From Ignavibacteriota bacterium (GTDB lineage: Bacteria > Bacteroidota > Ignavibacteria > UBA10030): DNA of 64,000 nt. The position numbers and the translations under genes are program-made. Below are positions 9,728 to 20,863 of this stretch, one piece after another. The stretch covers positions 2,720,001-2,784,000 of the forward strand of contig OY969585.1 in assembly GCA_963701295.1 (NCBI GenBank), given 5' to 3'. Each line of letters opens with the position of its first letter. Position 1 is the stretch's first letter. The notes beneath the pieces are model-generated. The model was not told the DNA's origin. It searched no databases and was given only the letters and a program-made list of their open reading frames with translations.

Positions 9728-11917
9728 TTAATGACGTGGACGAGAATGCCTATCGTCTCTACCTCCACGGCTATCTGTTTTCTTACGTTCACGTGAACGC
9801 TTCATTTCCTCATGAGCATTTTCTCCACCCGGCAATAATGCCTTATGACTCAGACTCATTTTTCCATCCGCATCAATATGCATTAACTTGACTTCAATCA
9901 CATCTCCAATTTTGATAAAGTTCTCAACTTTTTCGACACGTTGTACATCGAGTTGAGAAACATGAACTAAACCTTCTTTGCCTGGTAGAATTTCTACAAA
10001 TGCGCCGAAATCTGTGATTTTTTTAACTGTTGCTTTGTACACTTTATCTACTTCGGGTAATTCAGCAAGACCACGAATATACAGCATTGCTTTATCTGCA
10101 GATTCCTTTTCAACTGCTGCAACTGTTACTGTCCCATCATCTTCAACATTGATCTCTGCACCGCTGTCCTTGACGAGTTGACGAATATTCTTACCGCCTG
10201 GTCCAATGAGAGCACCAATCATATCAACAGGAATTTTGATGGTCTGAAGGCGAGGAGCGTATTGAGATAACTCTGCTCGCGCAGTAGGAAGAGTTTTTGC
10301 CATAATATCAAGAATATGCATTCGTCCGTCTCTCGCTTGTGCTAACGCATTTTCCAGGATCTGCAATGAAATCCCTTTAATCTTGATATCCATTTGAAAT
10401 GCTGTGATTCCCTTACTTGTTCCCGCAACCTTGAAATCCATATCACCCAGATGATCTTCGTTCCCGAGAATATCGCTCAGGATAGCTACTTGATTTGATT
10501 CTTTTACCAATCCCATCGCAATACCCGCAACTGGACGAGGCATCGGAACGCCTGCATCAAATAGTGCAAGCGTACCTGCGCATACAGTCGCCATTGATGA
10601 AGAACCATTCGATTCGAGGATATCAGAGACAATCCGAACGGTATAAGGGAAGTCCGTCTCTGCAGGGATCAACCGCTTCAATGAGCGTTCAGCAAGATTA
10701 CCATGGCCGATCTCACGTCTACCGGTCGAACCTACCCGTCCAACTTCTCCAACACTAAATGGCGGGAAATTGTAATGCAACATAAAGCGTTTTGTTGTTT
10801 CAGGTAAAAGACCTTCGAGAACTTGTTCGTCCATCTTCGTACCGAGTGTTGCCGATGTGAGACTTTGTGTTTCACCGCGAGTAAAAAGCGCCGAGCCATG
10901 TGTGCGCGGCAAGACGCCTACTTCGCAAGTAATCGGCCGAATATCTGTTAAACCACGTCCATCAAGGCGCTTGCCATCATTGAGAATGGTTGAGCGCATT
11001 GCATCGCGTTCAATATTATGCAGCAATTCATCGATGATGAGTTCTTTTTCCGTGTATTTCTCTGCTAAAGATGCTTTTACCTCGTCGCATACTTTGTGTG
11101 TAGCTTCCGATCGTTCTTCTTTCGTCATGACAGTATGGCTCAATTGTCTCAGCTTTGCTTCCGCAAGATTCTTCACGCTTTCGCTCAGATCAGTTGGAAT
11201 CTCAAATAAAACCATGTCTCGCTTCGGCTTATTGATCTCTTTTGCGAGGTTAATCTGAATATTGCACAGATTTTTGATTGCTTCATGTCCCACACGTAAC
11301 GCTTCAAGTAAGTCTGCTTCAGAAGACTCAGCAGATTCACCCTCGACCATAACGATCGAGTCAATCGTTCCGGCAACGGTAATATCCAAATCACTTTTTT
11401 CTAATTCTTTGAATGTTGGATTCAGAGTATATTTTCCGTTTACGCGTCCTACGCGTACTTCTGCAATGGGTCCGTCAAACGGAATATCCGACACCATCAA
11501 CGCAGCGGAGGCGGCGCATGCTCCGAGTACATCTCCATCATGCTCCATATCGGAAGAATAGACCGTTACAAGAACCTGAGTCTCATTCATATATCCCTTT
11601 GGGAACATCGGACGTATCGGTCGATCAATCAAACGGGAGGAAATTATTTCCTTTTCAGTTGGACGGCCTTCGCGTTTAAAAAAACCACCTGGTATTTTTC
11701 CAGCAGCAGCTGTTTTTTCTCTGTACTCAACTTGAAGCGGAAAGAAATCTTGACTTTCGTTCGCCTCATATTCGCTCACCACTGTTGCCAGGACCATCGT
11801 ATCACCATAGCGAACCATAACAGCGCCGTGTGCCTGTTTGGCAAATCTGCCTGTTTCGAGTGAAAATATTTTTCCGTTGAGTTCTATTTCCTTTGTAACC
11901 TTCATAGGTGCCTGCAT
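9728..11917 (-). CDS. pnp: Polyribonucleotide nucleotidyltransferase (PNPase)
   Basis: GKIPGGFFKREGRP, RREIGHG, SNGSSSMA, GDMDFKVAG; KH and S1 domains. Confidence 0.99.
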   Translation of the reverse strand: MQAPMKVTKEIELNGKIFSLETGRFAKQAHGAVMVRYGDTMVLATVVSEYEANESQDFFPLQVEYREKTAAAGKIPGGFFKREGRPTEKEIISSRLIDRPIRPMFPKGYMNETQVLVTVYSSDMEHDGDVLGACAASAALMVSDIPFDGPIAEVRVGRVNGKYTLNPTFKELEKSDLDITVAGTIDSIVMVEGESAESSEADLLEALRVGHEAIKNLCNIQINLAKEINKPKRDMVLFEIPTDLSESVKNLAEAKLRQLSHTVMTKEERSEATHKVCDEVKASLAEKYTEKELIIDELLHNIERDAMRSTILNDGKRLDGRGLTDIRPITCEVGVLPRTHGSALFTRGETQSLTSATLGTKMDEQVLEGLLPETTKRFMLHYNFPPFSVGEVGRVGSTGRREIGHGNLAERSLKRLIPAETDFPYTVRIVSDILESNGSSSMATVCAGTLALFDAGVPMPRPVAGIAMGLVKESNQVAILSDILGNEDHLGDMDFKVAGTSKGITAFQMDIKIKGISLQILENALAQARDGRMHILDIMAKTLPTARAELSQYAPRLQTIKIPVDMIGALIGPGGKNIRQLVKDSGAEINVEDDGTVTVAAVEKESADKAMLYIRGLAELPEVDKVYKATVKKITDFGAFVEILPGKEGLVHVSQLDVQRVEKVENFIKIGDVIEVKLMHIDADGKMSLSHKALLPGGENAHEEMKRSRERKKTDSRGGRDDRHSRPRH

Positions 11918-11971
11918 CTTTCTTTTTAAAAACTTCGTACAAACAAATGCTACTGAACTTGCCGCAGTAAT

Positions 11972-12241
11972 TTATTTTCGTATTTCAAGCTCTTGAATAA
12001 TCTTGCGATAACGGCCAATATCTTTCTTCGTTAAATAATCTAATAACCGACGTCTCTTGCCGACCATTTTCAACAATCCCAATCGCGCATGATGGTCTTT
12101 TTTCAATGCATCAAAATGTGGAGTAAGGCTATTGATGGTTGCTGTGAGTATAGCAATTTGTACTTCCGGCGTTCCCGTATCAGAAGGATTTTTGCCGTAT
12201 TTATGGATGAGTTCCTTTTTTTGTTCTGATGTAAGTGGCAT
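11972..12241 (-). CDS. rpsO: 30S ribosomal protein S15
   Basis: [30 protein letters not shown]. Confidence 0.99.
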   Translation of the reverse strand: MPLTSEQKKELIHKYGKNPSDTGTPEVQIAILTATINSLTPHFDALKKDHHARLGLLKMVGKRRRLLDYLTKKDIGRYRKIIQELEIRK

Positions 12242-12277
12242 TGTAGCTCCTTGTAAATATGATTGTCCAATAAATAA

Positions 12278-13225
12278 TTATGTTAAACTTTGATACTTAT
12301 ATTGCAATTCACGACTTACCTCTTCGTCATGATGCATTTGTTGAATAAGTTTGTCTACGGAGTCGAACTTCCATTCATCCCTTAATCGTTGTAAGAAGTC
12401 GATCCGAAGATCGAATCCATAAATACTCTGGCTGAAATCAAGAATATTTACTTCAAGAATACACTTTCCATCCGTATGAAACGTTGGACGTATACCAATG
12501 CTTGCCATCCCAAAGTATCTGTTTTCACGAACTCGAACCTGCACAAAGTAGATGCCATTCTTTGGCACGATTTTTTTTTGTGAAGCAAGTTCTACATTTG
12601 CAGTAGGATAACCAAGAGATCGTCCTCTCCGATCACCCGGAACGACTTTCCCAAACAACGCATAAGGTCGGCCTAAAAACCCAGCACCTACTTCTACAGA
12701 TCCATTCAGCAATTCATTTCGGATCATAGAGCTATTCACTGGAATACCGTTATGCTGAAACTGCTCAATATGTACGACCTCAAATTCATATTCTTTTCCA
12801 AGTTGTACAAGCGCTTCAATATTTCCTTCGCGATTTCTTCCCCAGTGATGATCATATCCTTCCACAATAACGCTGATACCTATTCCGCCAATAAGATATT
12901 TCACGTAAAAATCACGAAAACCTTGCTGCGAAAACACTTTGTTAAATTCAATCACAAAAAGCCAATCTGCCCCTAATTGGTCACATAACTCTTGTCGCTC
13001 CTGCAATGTTGTGAGGAGTTTCATATCCATGCTTGCCGTATCCAGTACTTCACGCGGATGCGGTTCGAAAGTCACAACAACACTTCGGCCCTGACGTCTC
13101 TTTGCAAGCTCTACAGCTTTCCCGATTATTTTTTGATGAGCAAGATGCACACCATCAAATGTTCCGACTGTTAAAATAGAATTTTTATCAAACGGAATAT
13201 CTTCAATGTGTCGAACAAGCTTCAT
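12278..13225 (-). CDS. ribF: Bifunctional riboflavin kinase/FAD synthetase
   Basis: GTFDGVHLAHQ, TFEPHP, GRSLGYPTAN, G.RPTF. Confidence 0.97.
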   Translation of the reverse strand: MKLVRHIEDIPFDKNSILTVGTFDGVHLAHQKIIGKAVELAKRRQGRSVVVTFEPHPREVLDTASMDMKLLTTLQERQELCDQLGADWLFVIEFNKVFSQQGFRDFYVKYLIGGIGISVIVEGYDHHWGRNREGNIEALVQLGKEYEFEVVHIEQFQHNGIPVNSSMIRNELLNGSVEVGAGFLGRPYALFGKVVPGDRRGRSLGYPTANVELASQKKIVPKNGIYFVQVRVRENRYFGMASIGIRPTFHTDGKCILEVNILDFSQSIYGFDLRIDFLQRLRDEWKFDSVDKLIQQMHHDEEVSRELQYKYQSLT

Positions 13226-13937
13226 GTGCTCTCTGCTCTTGCTTGAAGTGAGTATTCCGCCATTCGATTAATTGTTCAATTGTCTTTGCTTTTGCAAGGG
13301 TATATTCACCTATACGAGTCCGTCTCAAGGCAGTCAGTGCTGCACCACAGCCTAAACGAATGCCCAATTCATCAACCAAAGACCGAATATACGTACCTTT
13401 TGAACACACAATACAAAAATCTACATAAGGAGCATGAACTTTGAGAATTTCAAACTTAGCAATTTCTATCACGCGCTCGGTTCGCTCCACTGTCCTTCCG
13501 GAACGGGCATATTGATATAACGGTTTCCCACCATATTTTACCGCCGAATACATCGGCGGCATTTGTAATTGTTTGCCGAAAAAACTTTTAGCTACATTTT
13601 CAATTTGTTGTTCAGTTATTGCTGTAGAATCCTTAAATTCGCTCACCGCAGTTTCCATATCGAAACTCGGTGTTTTCACACCCATCTCACATATACCAAT
13701 ATATTCTTTTTCTAATCCTACAAATTGTTCGATATTTTTTGTTTTTTTTCCTGTGCAAACAATCATCAATCCGGTCGCTTGAGGATCAAGTGTCCCTGCA
13801 TGTCCAACTTTTCGCACATCGAAGAGTGCACGTACCTTCTTGACGACATCAAAGGATGTCCAATGCAAAGATTTATCGATGAAGAGAACTACACCTTCGC
13901 CTGAATAATCATAACTCTGTACATACGGTTCACTCAT
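13203..13937 (-). CDS. truB: tRNA pseudouridine(55) synthase
   Basis: KVGHAGTLDP.ATG, PPMYSAVK, SKGTYIRSL. Confidence 0.98.
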   Translation of the reverse strand: MSEPYVQSYDYSGEGVVLFIDKSLHWTSFDVVKKVRALFDVRKVGHAGTLDPQATGLMIVCTGKKTKNIEQFVGLEKEYIGICEMGVKTPSFDMETAVSEFKDSTAITEQQIENVAKSFFGKQLQMPPMYSAVKYGGKPLYQYARSGRTVERTERVIEIAKFEILKVHAPYVDFCIVCSKGTYIRSLVDELGIRLGCGAALTALRRTRIGEYTLAKAKTIEQLIEWRNTHFKQEQRAHEACSTH

Positions 13938-14314
13938 GCATCTGCAGAATTGCTCTGCTCTTCTTTTTTTAATTCTTGTTCATGAATTTTACGAAAAATA
14001 TTTTCAAGTTTCAGTGCCTTTTCTACCGTTTCATCTAAGTAAAAGATGATCTCCGGCGTATAGCGTAATCGTACGGTATGACCAAGCATTGAACGTATGG
14101 AGGGTTTATGAGCTTCCAGCATAGCAAAACTTTTCTTTTTCCGTTCAGTATCACCATACACACTAATATACACTTTTGCGACTTTGAGATCGGGGCTCAT
14201 AATGACTTCTGTCACGGTTAAAAATCCATACTCCGACATGCTAAAGTTGCGTTGAAACAACACACTCAGCTCTTCCTTAATGAGTGACCCAACTTTCTGA
14301 GTTCGAACTGACAT
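13934..14314 (-). CDS. rbfA: Ribosome-binding factor A
   Basis: TVTEV.MSPDLK.AKVY, LRYTPEI.F; position after infB. Confidence 0.97.
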   Translation of the reverse strand: MSVRTQKVGSLIKEELSVLFQRNFSMSEYGFLTVTEVIMSPDLKVAKVYISVYGDTERKKKSFAMLEAHKPSIRSMLGHTVRLRYTPEIIFYLDETVEKALKLENIFRKIHEQELKKEEQSNSADA

Positions 14315-14324
14315 GGTTTATCCT

Positions 14325-17012
14325 TTAATCCAATTTACGTTTTGTTTCAACGGTCTTATATGCTTCAATGACATCGCCATTCTTGATATCGTTGTAATTT
14401 TCAAGACCTATACCACATTCGAATCCTTGCTCTACCTCTCGCACATCTTCTTTAAACCGTTTAAGGGATGCTATCGTTCCATCAAATACTTCGATACCAT
14501 CACGCACCAGTCGTACATGATTATTGCGCATGATTTTGCCATCGCGGACATGGCAGCCAGCTATTGTTCCAATTCTTGATATCTTAAATACATCCCGAAC
14601 ATCTATGGTTGCAGTAACCTCTTCTGTTATTGTTGGAGCCAGCATGCCTTCAAGTGCATTCTTTACTTCGTTGATTGCATCATAGATGATACTATAAATT
14701 CGGATGTCAACATCTTCTTTTTGTGCCAATTGCCTTGCTTTAAGGTTGGGACGGACATGGAATCCAATAATCACCGCACTCGAAGCCATTGCAAGTAAGA
14801 CGTCCGATTCTGAAATACCGCCAACACCTTTGTAAATAACTTGCACTTTGACTTCATTGGTTGAAAGTTTCATCAATGAATCTGATAGAGCTTCGGCAGA
14901 ACCATCTACATCCGCTTTGACGATAACAGGCAGATCACGTACTTGGCCATTTTTGATATGTTGTGAAATATCATCAAGCGTAACACGTCGGCTTTGACGG
15001 AAATCTTGTTCTCGTTTCAATTGTTGTCGTGTGAGACTGATTTCTCGCGCCTGGCGCTCATCTTCAATACCGATCAAATCATCACCAGCCTGTGGAATAC
15101 CATCAAATCCAATGACTTGAACCGGCTGTGAAGGTGTTGCAGCTTCCACTCGTTGACCTCGTTCATTAAACATTGCACGAACGCGTCCACTCCAAACACC
15201 GCAGACAAACGAATCACCAATGCGCAGAGTCCCTTTTTGAACGAGAATGGTTGCGATAATTCCTTTTCCTTTGTCTAATTCTGCTTCGACGAGAGTTCCA
15301 CGTGCTTCCCGATTTGGATTTGCTCGGAAATTAAGCATCTCTGCTTCAAGTAAGATTTTTTCGAGAAGTAGATGTACATTCGTTCCCTTTTTTGCAGAAA
15401 GTTCTACTGCCTGATGTTTCCCGCCGTACTCTTCCACCAGTAATCCGCGTTCAGCTAATTGCTGCTTGATGCGCTCAGGATTGGAATCCGGTTTATCAAT
15501 TTTATTAATGGCGACAACGATTGGCACATTTGCTGCTTGTGCATGGCTGATGGCTTCTACTGTCTGAGGCATCACACTGTCATCCGCCGCAATCACAAGC
15601 ACGACGATGTCTGTCATCTGTGCACCTCTTGCTCGCATTGCTGTGAATGCCTCGTGACCTGGAGTATCGAGAAATGTGATTTGTTTTCCATTGCTTACAG
15701 TGACTTCGTAGGCACCGATGTGCTGAGTGATTCCGCCTGATTCACCGGCAACAACATTTGTATTTCGAATATTATCTAGTAAAGAAGTTTTTCCATGATC
15801 GACATGACCCATAATAGTGACAACCGGCGGTCGTGGGAGAAGCGACTTTTCATCATCTTCGATATCCGAAAGCGCCTCTGATGTAAATTCCTCTTCAAAA
15901 TCGACTAAGAATCCAAATTCATCCGAAACGAGAGTAATGGTGTCTTTATCTAAGCGCTGGTTGATAGAAACCATAATTCCAAGACCCATCACTTTCTGTA
16001 TCACCTCGGCAACAGAGACTCTCATCAGATTAGCGAGTTCACCAACGGTAACAAATTCTGTTGCCTTAATCCGCATCCGATCATGCTCAAGTTGATCAAG
16101 CTTTTTCTGCTCTTCTTCCTCTCTTTTTTCCTTTTTCTTTTTTCGAATAGCAGCGCGTGCAATTGCCAACTCGTCTCCGGAATCAGCCAGGGTTTCACGG
16201 ATAGCTTTGGCAACTTCATCCTCATTAACTTCAGCCCGACGAACACGTTTACGTTTTCGTGTTTTTAATTCTTCTTCATCTTCCGTTTTCGCCGGCGATG
16301 TTTTTGTTCTCTTGACTTCTTCTCGAACTTTTTTCTTTTTCTTTTTTCTTTTCTTTTCTTCTTCTAATTCAGGCTTTTGAACACTTTTTGCAGGTGTTAA
16401 ATCAATTTTACCTTTGATTGTTAGTCCGCGTTGCGGGCGGGCAAGAGCAGCCTCCAATGGAGATTGCATCGCTCGTTTTTTTGAGGGTAATTGTTTTTCT
16501 TTATTAACCTGTTCCTCTACCGATTTCTCAAGTTTCCCGTGCTTTTCTTTTTCAAGAACAATGAGTTCAGGTTGAGCTTGCACCTCTGCTGTTTCCTGAA
16601 AAACGGATTCGTCGGTTTGTCCTTTTTCTTTTTTCTCTTCTTGTAAACGTGGAATCTCTTCAATCGATATTACTTCTGTTTCTTCTATCGATGGTTTTTC
16701 TTCATCAATAACTGGTAGGAGTACCTCATCTTTCGTAGGAGATTTAGTCTCTACTTTCTCTGTTTTTTCAGGAGATTCTTTTTTTCGAGTCGATCGGAAT
16801 TCTTGCAATTTACGTTGATGCCGATCTGCTACTTCCTTATCTTTCTTAAAATGTCCCATGATGACCGGCATCATCTCGTCAGTCACAATAGACATATGGG
16901 ATTTTATATCAAAGTCCTTCTTTCTCAGAAAGTCAATGATCGTCTCGCTTGATAAATTCAACTCTTTCGCGAGATTAAAGACCTTAATTTTTTTAGATCC
17001 TTGTTCGGACAT
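14325..17012 (-). CDS. infB: Translation initiation factor IF-2
   Basis: [35 protein letters not shown]. Confidence 0.99.
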   Translation of the reverse strand: MSEQGSKKIKVFNLAKELNLSSETIIDFLRKKDFDIKSHMSIVTDEMMPVIMGHFKKDKEVADRHQRKLQEFRSTRKKESPEKTEKVETKSPTKDEVLLPVIDEEKPSIEETEVISIEEIPRLQEEKKEKGQTDESVFQETAEVQAQPELIVLEKEKHGKLEKSVEEQVNKEKQLPSKKRAMQSPLEAALARPQRGLTIKGKIDLTPAKSVQKPELEEEKKRKKKKKKVREEVKRTKTSPAKTEDEEELKTRKRKRVRRAEVNEDEVAKAIRETLADSGDELAIARAAIRKKKKEKREEEEQKKLDQLEHDRMRIKATEFVTVGELANLMRVSVAEVIQKVMGLGIMVSINQRLDKDTITLVSDEFGFLVDFEEEFTSEALSDIEDDEKSLLPRPPVVTIMGHVDHGKTSLLDNIRNTNVVAGESGGITQHIGAYEVTVSNGKQITFLDTPGHEAFTAMRARGAQMTDIVVLVIAADDSVMPQTVEAISHAQAANVPIVVAINKIDKPDSNPERIKQQLAERGLLVEEYGGKHQAVELSAKKGTNVHLLLEKILLEAEMLNFRANPNREARGTLVEAELDKGKGIIATILVQKGTLRIGDSFVCGVWSGRVRAMFNERGQRVEAATPSQPVQVIGFDGIPQAGDDLIGIEDERQAREISLTRQQLKREQDFRQSRRVTLDDISQHIKNGQVRDLPVIVKADVDGSAEALSDSLMKLSTNEVKVQVIYKGVGGISESDVLLAMASSAVIIGFHVRPNLKARQLAQKEDVDIRIYSIIYDAINEVKNALEGMLAPTITEEVTATIDVRDVFKISRIGTIAGCHVRDGKIMRNNHVRLVRDGIEVFDGTIASLKRFKEDVREVEQGFECGIGLENYNDIKNGDVIEAYKTVETKRKLD

Positions 17013-17051
17013 TCTTATCTTCTCTCATTGTCCACGACAATATACCAATCG

Positions 17052-18473
17052 TTAATCACTTTCTGGCTTTACTTCTTCTGCTTTCTCAGGCAGCACTTCT
17101 TCTGTTTTCTCAGTCAGTGTTTCTTCTACCGTCTTCAACTTTGAAGAGGTTTCAATGGTATCTGTGCTTTCAGATTTTCCCGATCCTTCAAGCTCAGCTA
17201 ACAATTCATCCACTTCTTCTTCGTTTTCTACTTCTGCTTCTTCAAAACCTTTCTTCAACATAGCAAGGATCTCTTCGACTTTATTCTGCTCAATACCAAG
17301 CGTACTAACGAGTTCTTCTTTTGAAGTCTTAAGGATGTCACGCACTGATTTGAAATTCTCATCGAAGAATTTATGAAAGAGAACATCCCCAAGTTCTTCG
17401 CGGAATTCTGAAAGATCCATGTCATACTCTTCCTCTTCACCACCCTCTTTCTGAACAATTAACTCAAATCCGGTCAACTTGGAAGCCAAGCGAACATTCT
17501 GCCCACCCTTCCCGATTGCGAGCGACACTTGATCGTTCGCTACAAGAATAGTTGCCTTCTTATTTTCTAAATCCATTTGAATTTCTTTAAGCTTTGCCGG
17601 CGATAATGCACGCTGGATGAAGACCATGTGGTCCTCGGAAAAATTGATAACGTCGATATTCTCATTATTCAATTCGCGAACAATGGCATGAATACGTACG
17701 CCCTTCATTCCGACACATGCGCCCACAGCATCGATTCGTTCATCGTGTGAAAGCACTGCTACTTTTGCCCGATCTCCCGGTTCACGCGCAATCCGTTTGA
17801 TTTCAATGATGCCATCATATACTTCCGGAATTTCGATTTCAAACAAGCGCATGAGGAATCCTGGATCTGTTCGCGAAATGATGACCGTCGGATTCCCTGC
17901 TCCTTTGCGAACTTCTTTTACAATAGCTCGGATCGTGTCGCCTTTTTTGTAGCGCTCTTTGTAAATTTGTTCAGTTCTGGGAAGAAGCAATTCGTTTTTA
18001 TTATGTATCACAAGAATTTCGCCTTTTCCTTTTCGGATCTGATAAATCTCACCGACGACGATCTCGCCTATTGAATTAGTGTATTCGTTGAAAATTGCAT
18101 CGCGTTCAATTTCTTTAATTCGTTGATTTAAATTCTGTTTCGCACTTATCACAAGGCGTCTGCCAAAATCTATAAGCGGAACGATTTCAACAAACTCTTC
18201 GCCGGCCGTTAAATCGTCACCGGATTTCTTGCGGGCTTCTGCAACAGATATTTGTGTAGAAGGATCTTCTACTATATTCACGACTTCTTTTTCGATATAA
18301 ATTTCAATATCACCTTTATCCATATTGACGACAACATCATGTTTCGTGTTGGGCCCATATTTTTTCTTTACCATCATACCAAAAATATCTTCTACAATGC
18401 CGATGAGAATATCTTTGTCGATCCCTTTTTCTCGGACCATTTGAGCGAATGATTCAACAATCTCGTGATTCAT
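17052..18473 (-). CDS. nusA: Transcription termination/antitermination factor NusA
   Basis: EIPEVYDG, AREPGDRAK.AV, GACVGMKG.RI, AIGKGGQNVRLA. Confidence 0.98.
   Translation of the reverse strand: MNHEIVESFAQMVREKGIDKDILIGIVEDIFGMMVKKKYGPNTKHDVVVNMDKGDIEIYIEKEVVNIVEDPSTQISVAEARKKSGDDLTAGEEFVEIVPLIDFGRRLVISAKQNLNQRIKEIERDAIFNEYTNSIGEIVVGEIYQIRKGKGEILVIHNKNELLLPRTEQIYKERYKKGDTIRAIVKEVRKGAGNPTVIISRTDPGFLMRLFEIEIPEVYDGIIEIKRIAREPGDRAKVAVLSHDERIDAVGACVGMKGVRIHAIVRELNNENIDVINFSEDHMVFIQRALSPAKLKEIQMDLENKKATILVANDQVSLAIGKGGQNVRLASKLTGFELIVQKEGGEEEEYDMDLSEFREELGDVLFHKFFDENFKSVRDILKTSKEELVSTLGIEQNKVEEILAMLKKGFEEAEVENEEEVDELLAELEGSGKSESTDTIETSSKLKTVEETLTEKTEEVLPEKAEEVKPESD
17071..17118. repeat. 24-bp tandem duplication in the nusA 3' tail
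   Basis: acttcttctgctttctcaggcagc / acttcttctgttttctcagtcagt, encoding TEKTEEVL-PEKAEEVK. Confidence 0.75.
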
Positions 18474-18508
18474 CTTACCTCCATGCTACAGAGCTTTCAT
18501 CCTGTTAG

Positions 18509-18961
18509 TTACCAGGGAAGCTCCTCTATTGATTCAATAATCTCATTGAATAGAATTGTATAGTTTTCGTTTTTACCGTTGACAAATGTCAAAAGTTCGT
18601 TTTCCACTCCGGTAAGTTTTGCAAGAATCTCTCCAACTCCATCATCTTTTCTAAAACGTACTCGAAATTGCCGACCGACATTTTTTCGATATTGCCTTAT
18701 TAATTTGAGCGGTTTTATTAATCCAGGTGAAGATACTTCCAAAATATATGAACTCGGAAAAACATTCTGAAGTTCGAGAGCATCACTTAATTGGCGACTT
18801 AATTCTGAGCATTGTCCTATGGTGATGCCTGTATCGGTATCTATGTACAGTTGCACGACTTTTCCCTTTTCACTCGGCACAATTTGAATATCGACGATGA
18901 ACGCATCAATCAGATGAAGGAGGGGTGCCGACAATTCTTCGATTTTGTGCTGTAAATCCAT
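18509..18961 (-). CDS. rimP: Ribosome maturation factor RimP
   Basis: YIDTDTGITI.QC..LSR, Y.LEVSSPG; first gene of the nusA-infB operon. Confidence 0.95.
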   Translation of the reverse strand: MDLQHKIEELSAPLLHLIDAFIVDIQIVPSEKGKVVQLYIDTDTGITIGQCSELSRQLSDALELQNVFPSSYILEVSSPGLIKPLKLIRQYRKNVGRQFRVRFRKDDGVGEILAKLTGVENELLTFVNGKNENYTILFNEIIESIEELPW

Positions 18962-18975
18962 CAATTCTCAAGTTC

Positions 18976-19005
18976 AAAAAAAATAGCCCGTTTACATCGG
19001 GCTAT
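18976..19005 (-). terminator. Premature terminator/attenuator in the rimP leader
   Basis: ATAGCCCG-atgtaaa-CGGGCTAT then a T-tract, about 15 nt before the rimP start. Confidence 0.75.
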
Positions 19006-19021
19006 CAACATCCACTAATAC

Positions 19022-19050
19022 AATATACATAATGCCTTTTGAAGAAGCAA
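19022..19050 (-). promoter_or_regulatory. Putative rimP operon promoter
   Basis: TTGCTT-17 bp-TATATT on the minus strand just upstream of the leader hairpin. Confidence 0.6.
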
Positions 19051-19088
19051 GAAAATTTCCTATTGCGAAAGAATATCGGCAAAACAAT

Positions 19089-19817
19089 CTAAAAATTCGT
19101 TGTCATCACGCGTTTCAGATAAAAATCTGCAATGATGGTAGCTGCTTCAACTGGGTCATCCGTAACGTGAAAGAGACTCAGATCGTCCGGAGAAATCATT
19201 TTCTCGTTTACAAGAACCGATTTAATCCAATCAACAAGTACCTTCCAGTAATCTGATCCCATAGGTACAATGGGAAACGGGTCTGTTTTTTTCGTTTGTA
19301 CAAGAGTAATTGCTTCAAACAGTTCATCGAGTGTGCCAAATCCTCCAGGCATCACGATAAAACCATGGGCATATTTCACAAACATAACTTTTCTAACAAA
19401 AAAGTGTCTGAAAGTCTGAAGCCGACCTTTATCAATAAACTTGTTCGAGCATTCTTCGTGCGGTAATTCTATAGCGACACCAACCGATGCTCCCTTTTGC
19501 TCCTGTGCGCCTTTATTTGCAGCTTCCATAATTCCTGGACCACCACCTGTGAGAACATTAAATCCTCGTTTCACTAATTCTTTTGATACTTGTACCGCAA
19601 GCTGATAATATGGATGGTCAGATTTTAATCGGGCGGAACCAAATACAGAAACAAGATTCTTCTGTCTTGACATCATCGAGAAGCCTTCGACAAATTCTGC
19701 CATAACGCGAAAAACACGCCACACGTCTTCTTGTGCTGAGAGAAGCCCTCTGAGCTGTTGATCTTGGCGTACATCATACTCTGTTCGTTGTAGATGATTG
19801 TTTATATTGTTCTCCAT
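19089..19817 (-). CDS. LOG family (TIGR00730-like) Rossmann-fold nucleotide phosphoribohydrolase
   Basis: VFGSAR, TGGGPGIMEAANKGA, FFVRKVMF, PGGFGTLDE. Confidence 0.93.
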   Translation of the reverse strand: MENNINNHLQRTEYDVRQDQQLRGLLSAQEDVWRVFRVMAEFVEGFSMMSRQKNLVSVFGSARLKSDHPYYQLAVQVSKELVKRGFNVLTGGGPGIMEAANKGAQEQKGASVGVAIELPHEECSNKFIDKGRLQTFRHFFVRKVMFVKYAHGFIVMPGGFGTLDELFEAITLVQTKKTDPFPIVPMGSDYWKVLVDWIKSVLVNEKMISPDDLSLFHVTDDPVEAATIIADFYLKRVMTTNF

Positions 19818-19825
19818 AAAGGCTC

Positions 19826-20863
19826 CTATCTTGTACCAAGAACTGACCTAATAATATCTGCTGCATTATTTATCTGTTCCATACTCACATCAAGATGTGT
19901 TACAGCACGGAGAGTTGAAAAGCCCATTTCTGAAAGCAGTACGCCCTTTGTTTTCAACTGAGCTAAAATATCTCCAGAACTCTCCTTTCTTTCTCTTATA
20001 TCGATTACAACAATATTTGTCTGGACATATTCTTGGTTAATATAAATCCTGTTAACTCTTTGAAGTCGTTCTGCCAACAGCTTCGCTTTTTTGTGATCTT
20101 CCTTAAGTCGTTCTACATTATGGTCAAGAGCGAACAACGCACCAGCAGCAAGAATTCCAGCTTGACGCATACCGCCGCCAAATATTTTTCTGTACTTACG
20201 TGCCTTCTCGATTTTTTTCCGTGTACCTGCAAGAGCAGAACCGACAGGAGCTCCTAATCCTTTTGAAAAACAGACTGAGACCGTATCGAAAAATCGGGCG
20301 TATTCTTTCGGCATAATACCGCTTGCGACAGATGCATTCCAAAGACGTGCGCCGTCTAAATGAAGTGCAATACTTCGATTTCTTGCCAACTCAGAAATAT
20401 TTTTAATCTCTTCAAGTGGATAGACCGTTCCACCTGCTTTGTTATGGGTATTTTCGAGACACACGAGAGATGTTTTTGGATTGTAATAAATCGAGGATCG
20501 GATTGATTGAGAAATTTGTTCAGCATTGAGGATTCCATAGTTTCCTCTTACAGTTTGCAACTGGACGTTGGAAAGAAAAGCAGCTCCAGCCGTTTCATAA
20601 TTAAAAATATGCGAATCGCTTTCTACAATGACTTCATCGCCGGGTTGAGTGTGTGTTTTGATGGCAAGCTGGTTAGCCATAACACCTGACGGAACAAAAA
20701 GTGCAGCTTCTTTCCCAAGCATATCTGCGGTTTTATCCTGAAGAAGATTCACCGTCGGATCTTCGCCATATACATCATCGCCTACTTCTGCGGCAGCCAT
20801 CAATTCTCGCATTTCATGCGAAGGTTTTGTTACAGTATCGCTTCGGAGATCAATCCAATTCAT
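19826..20863 (-). CDS. ltaE: Low-specificity L-threonine aldolase
   Basis: [41 protein letters not shown]; start moved to 20863. Confidence 0.95.
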   Translation of the reverse strand: MNWIDLRSDTVTKPSHEMRELMAAAEVGDDVYGEDPTVNLLQDKTADMLGKEAALFVPSGVMANQLAIKTHTQPGDEVIVESDSHIFNYETAGAAFLSNVQLQTVRGNYGILNAEQISQSIRSSIYYNPKTSLVCLENTHNKAGGTVYPLEEIKNISELARNRSIALHLDGARLWNASVASGIMPKEYARFFDTVSVCFSKGLGAPVGSALAGTRKKIEKARKYRKIFGGGMRQAGILAAGALFALDHNVERLKEDHKKAKLLAERLQRVNRIYINQEYVQTNIVVIDIRERKESSGDILAQLKTKGVLLSEMGFSTLRAVTHLDVSMEQINNAADIIRSVLGTR

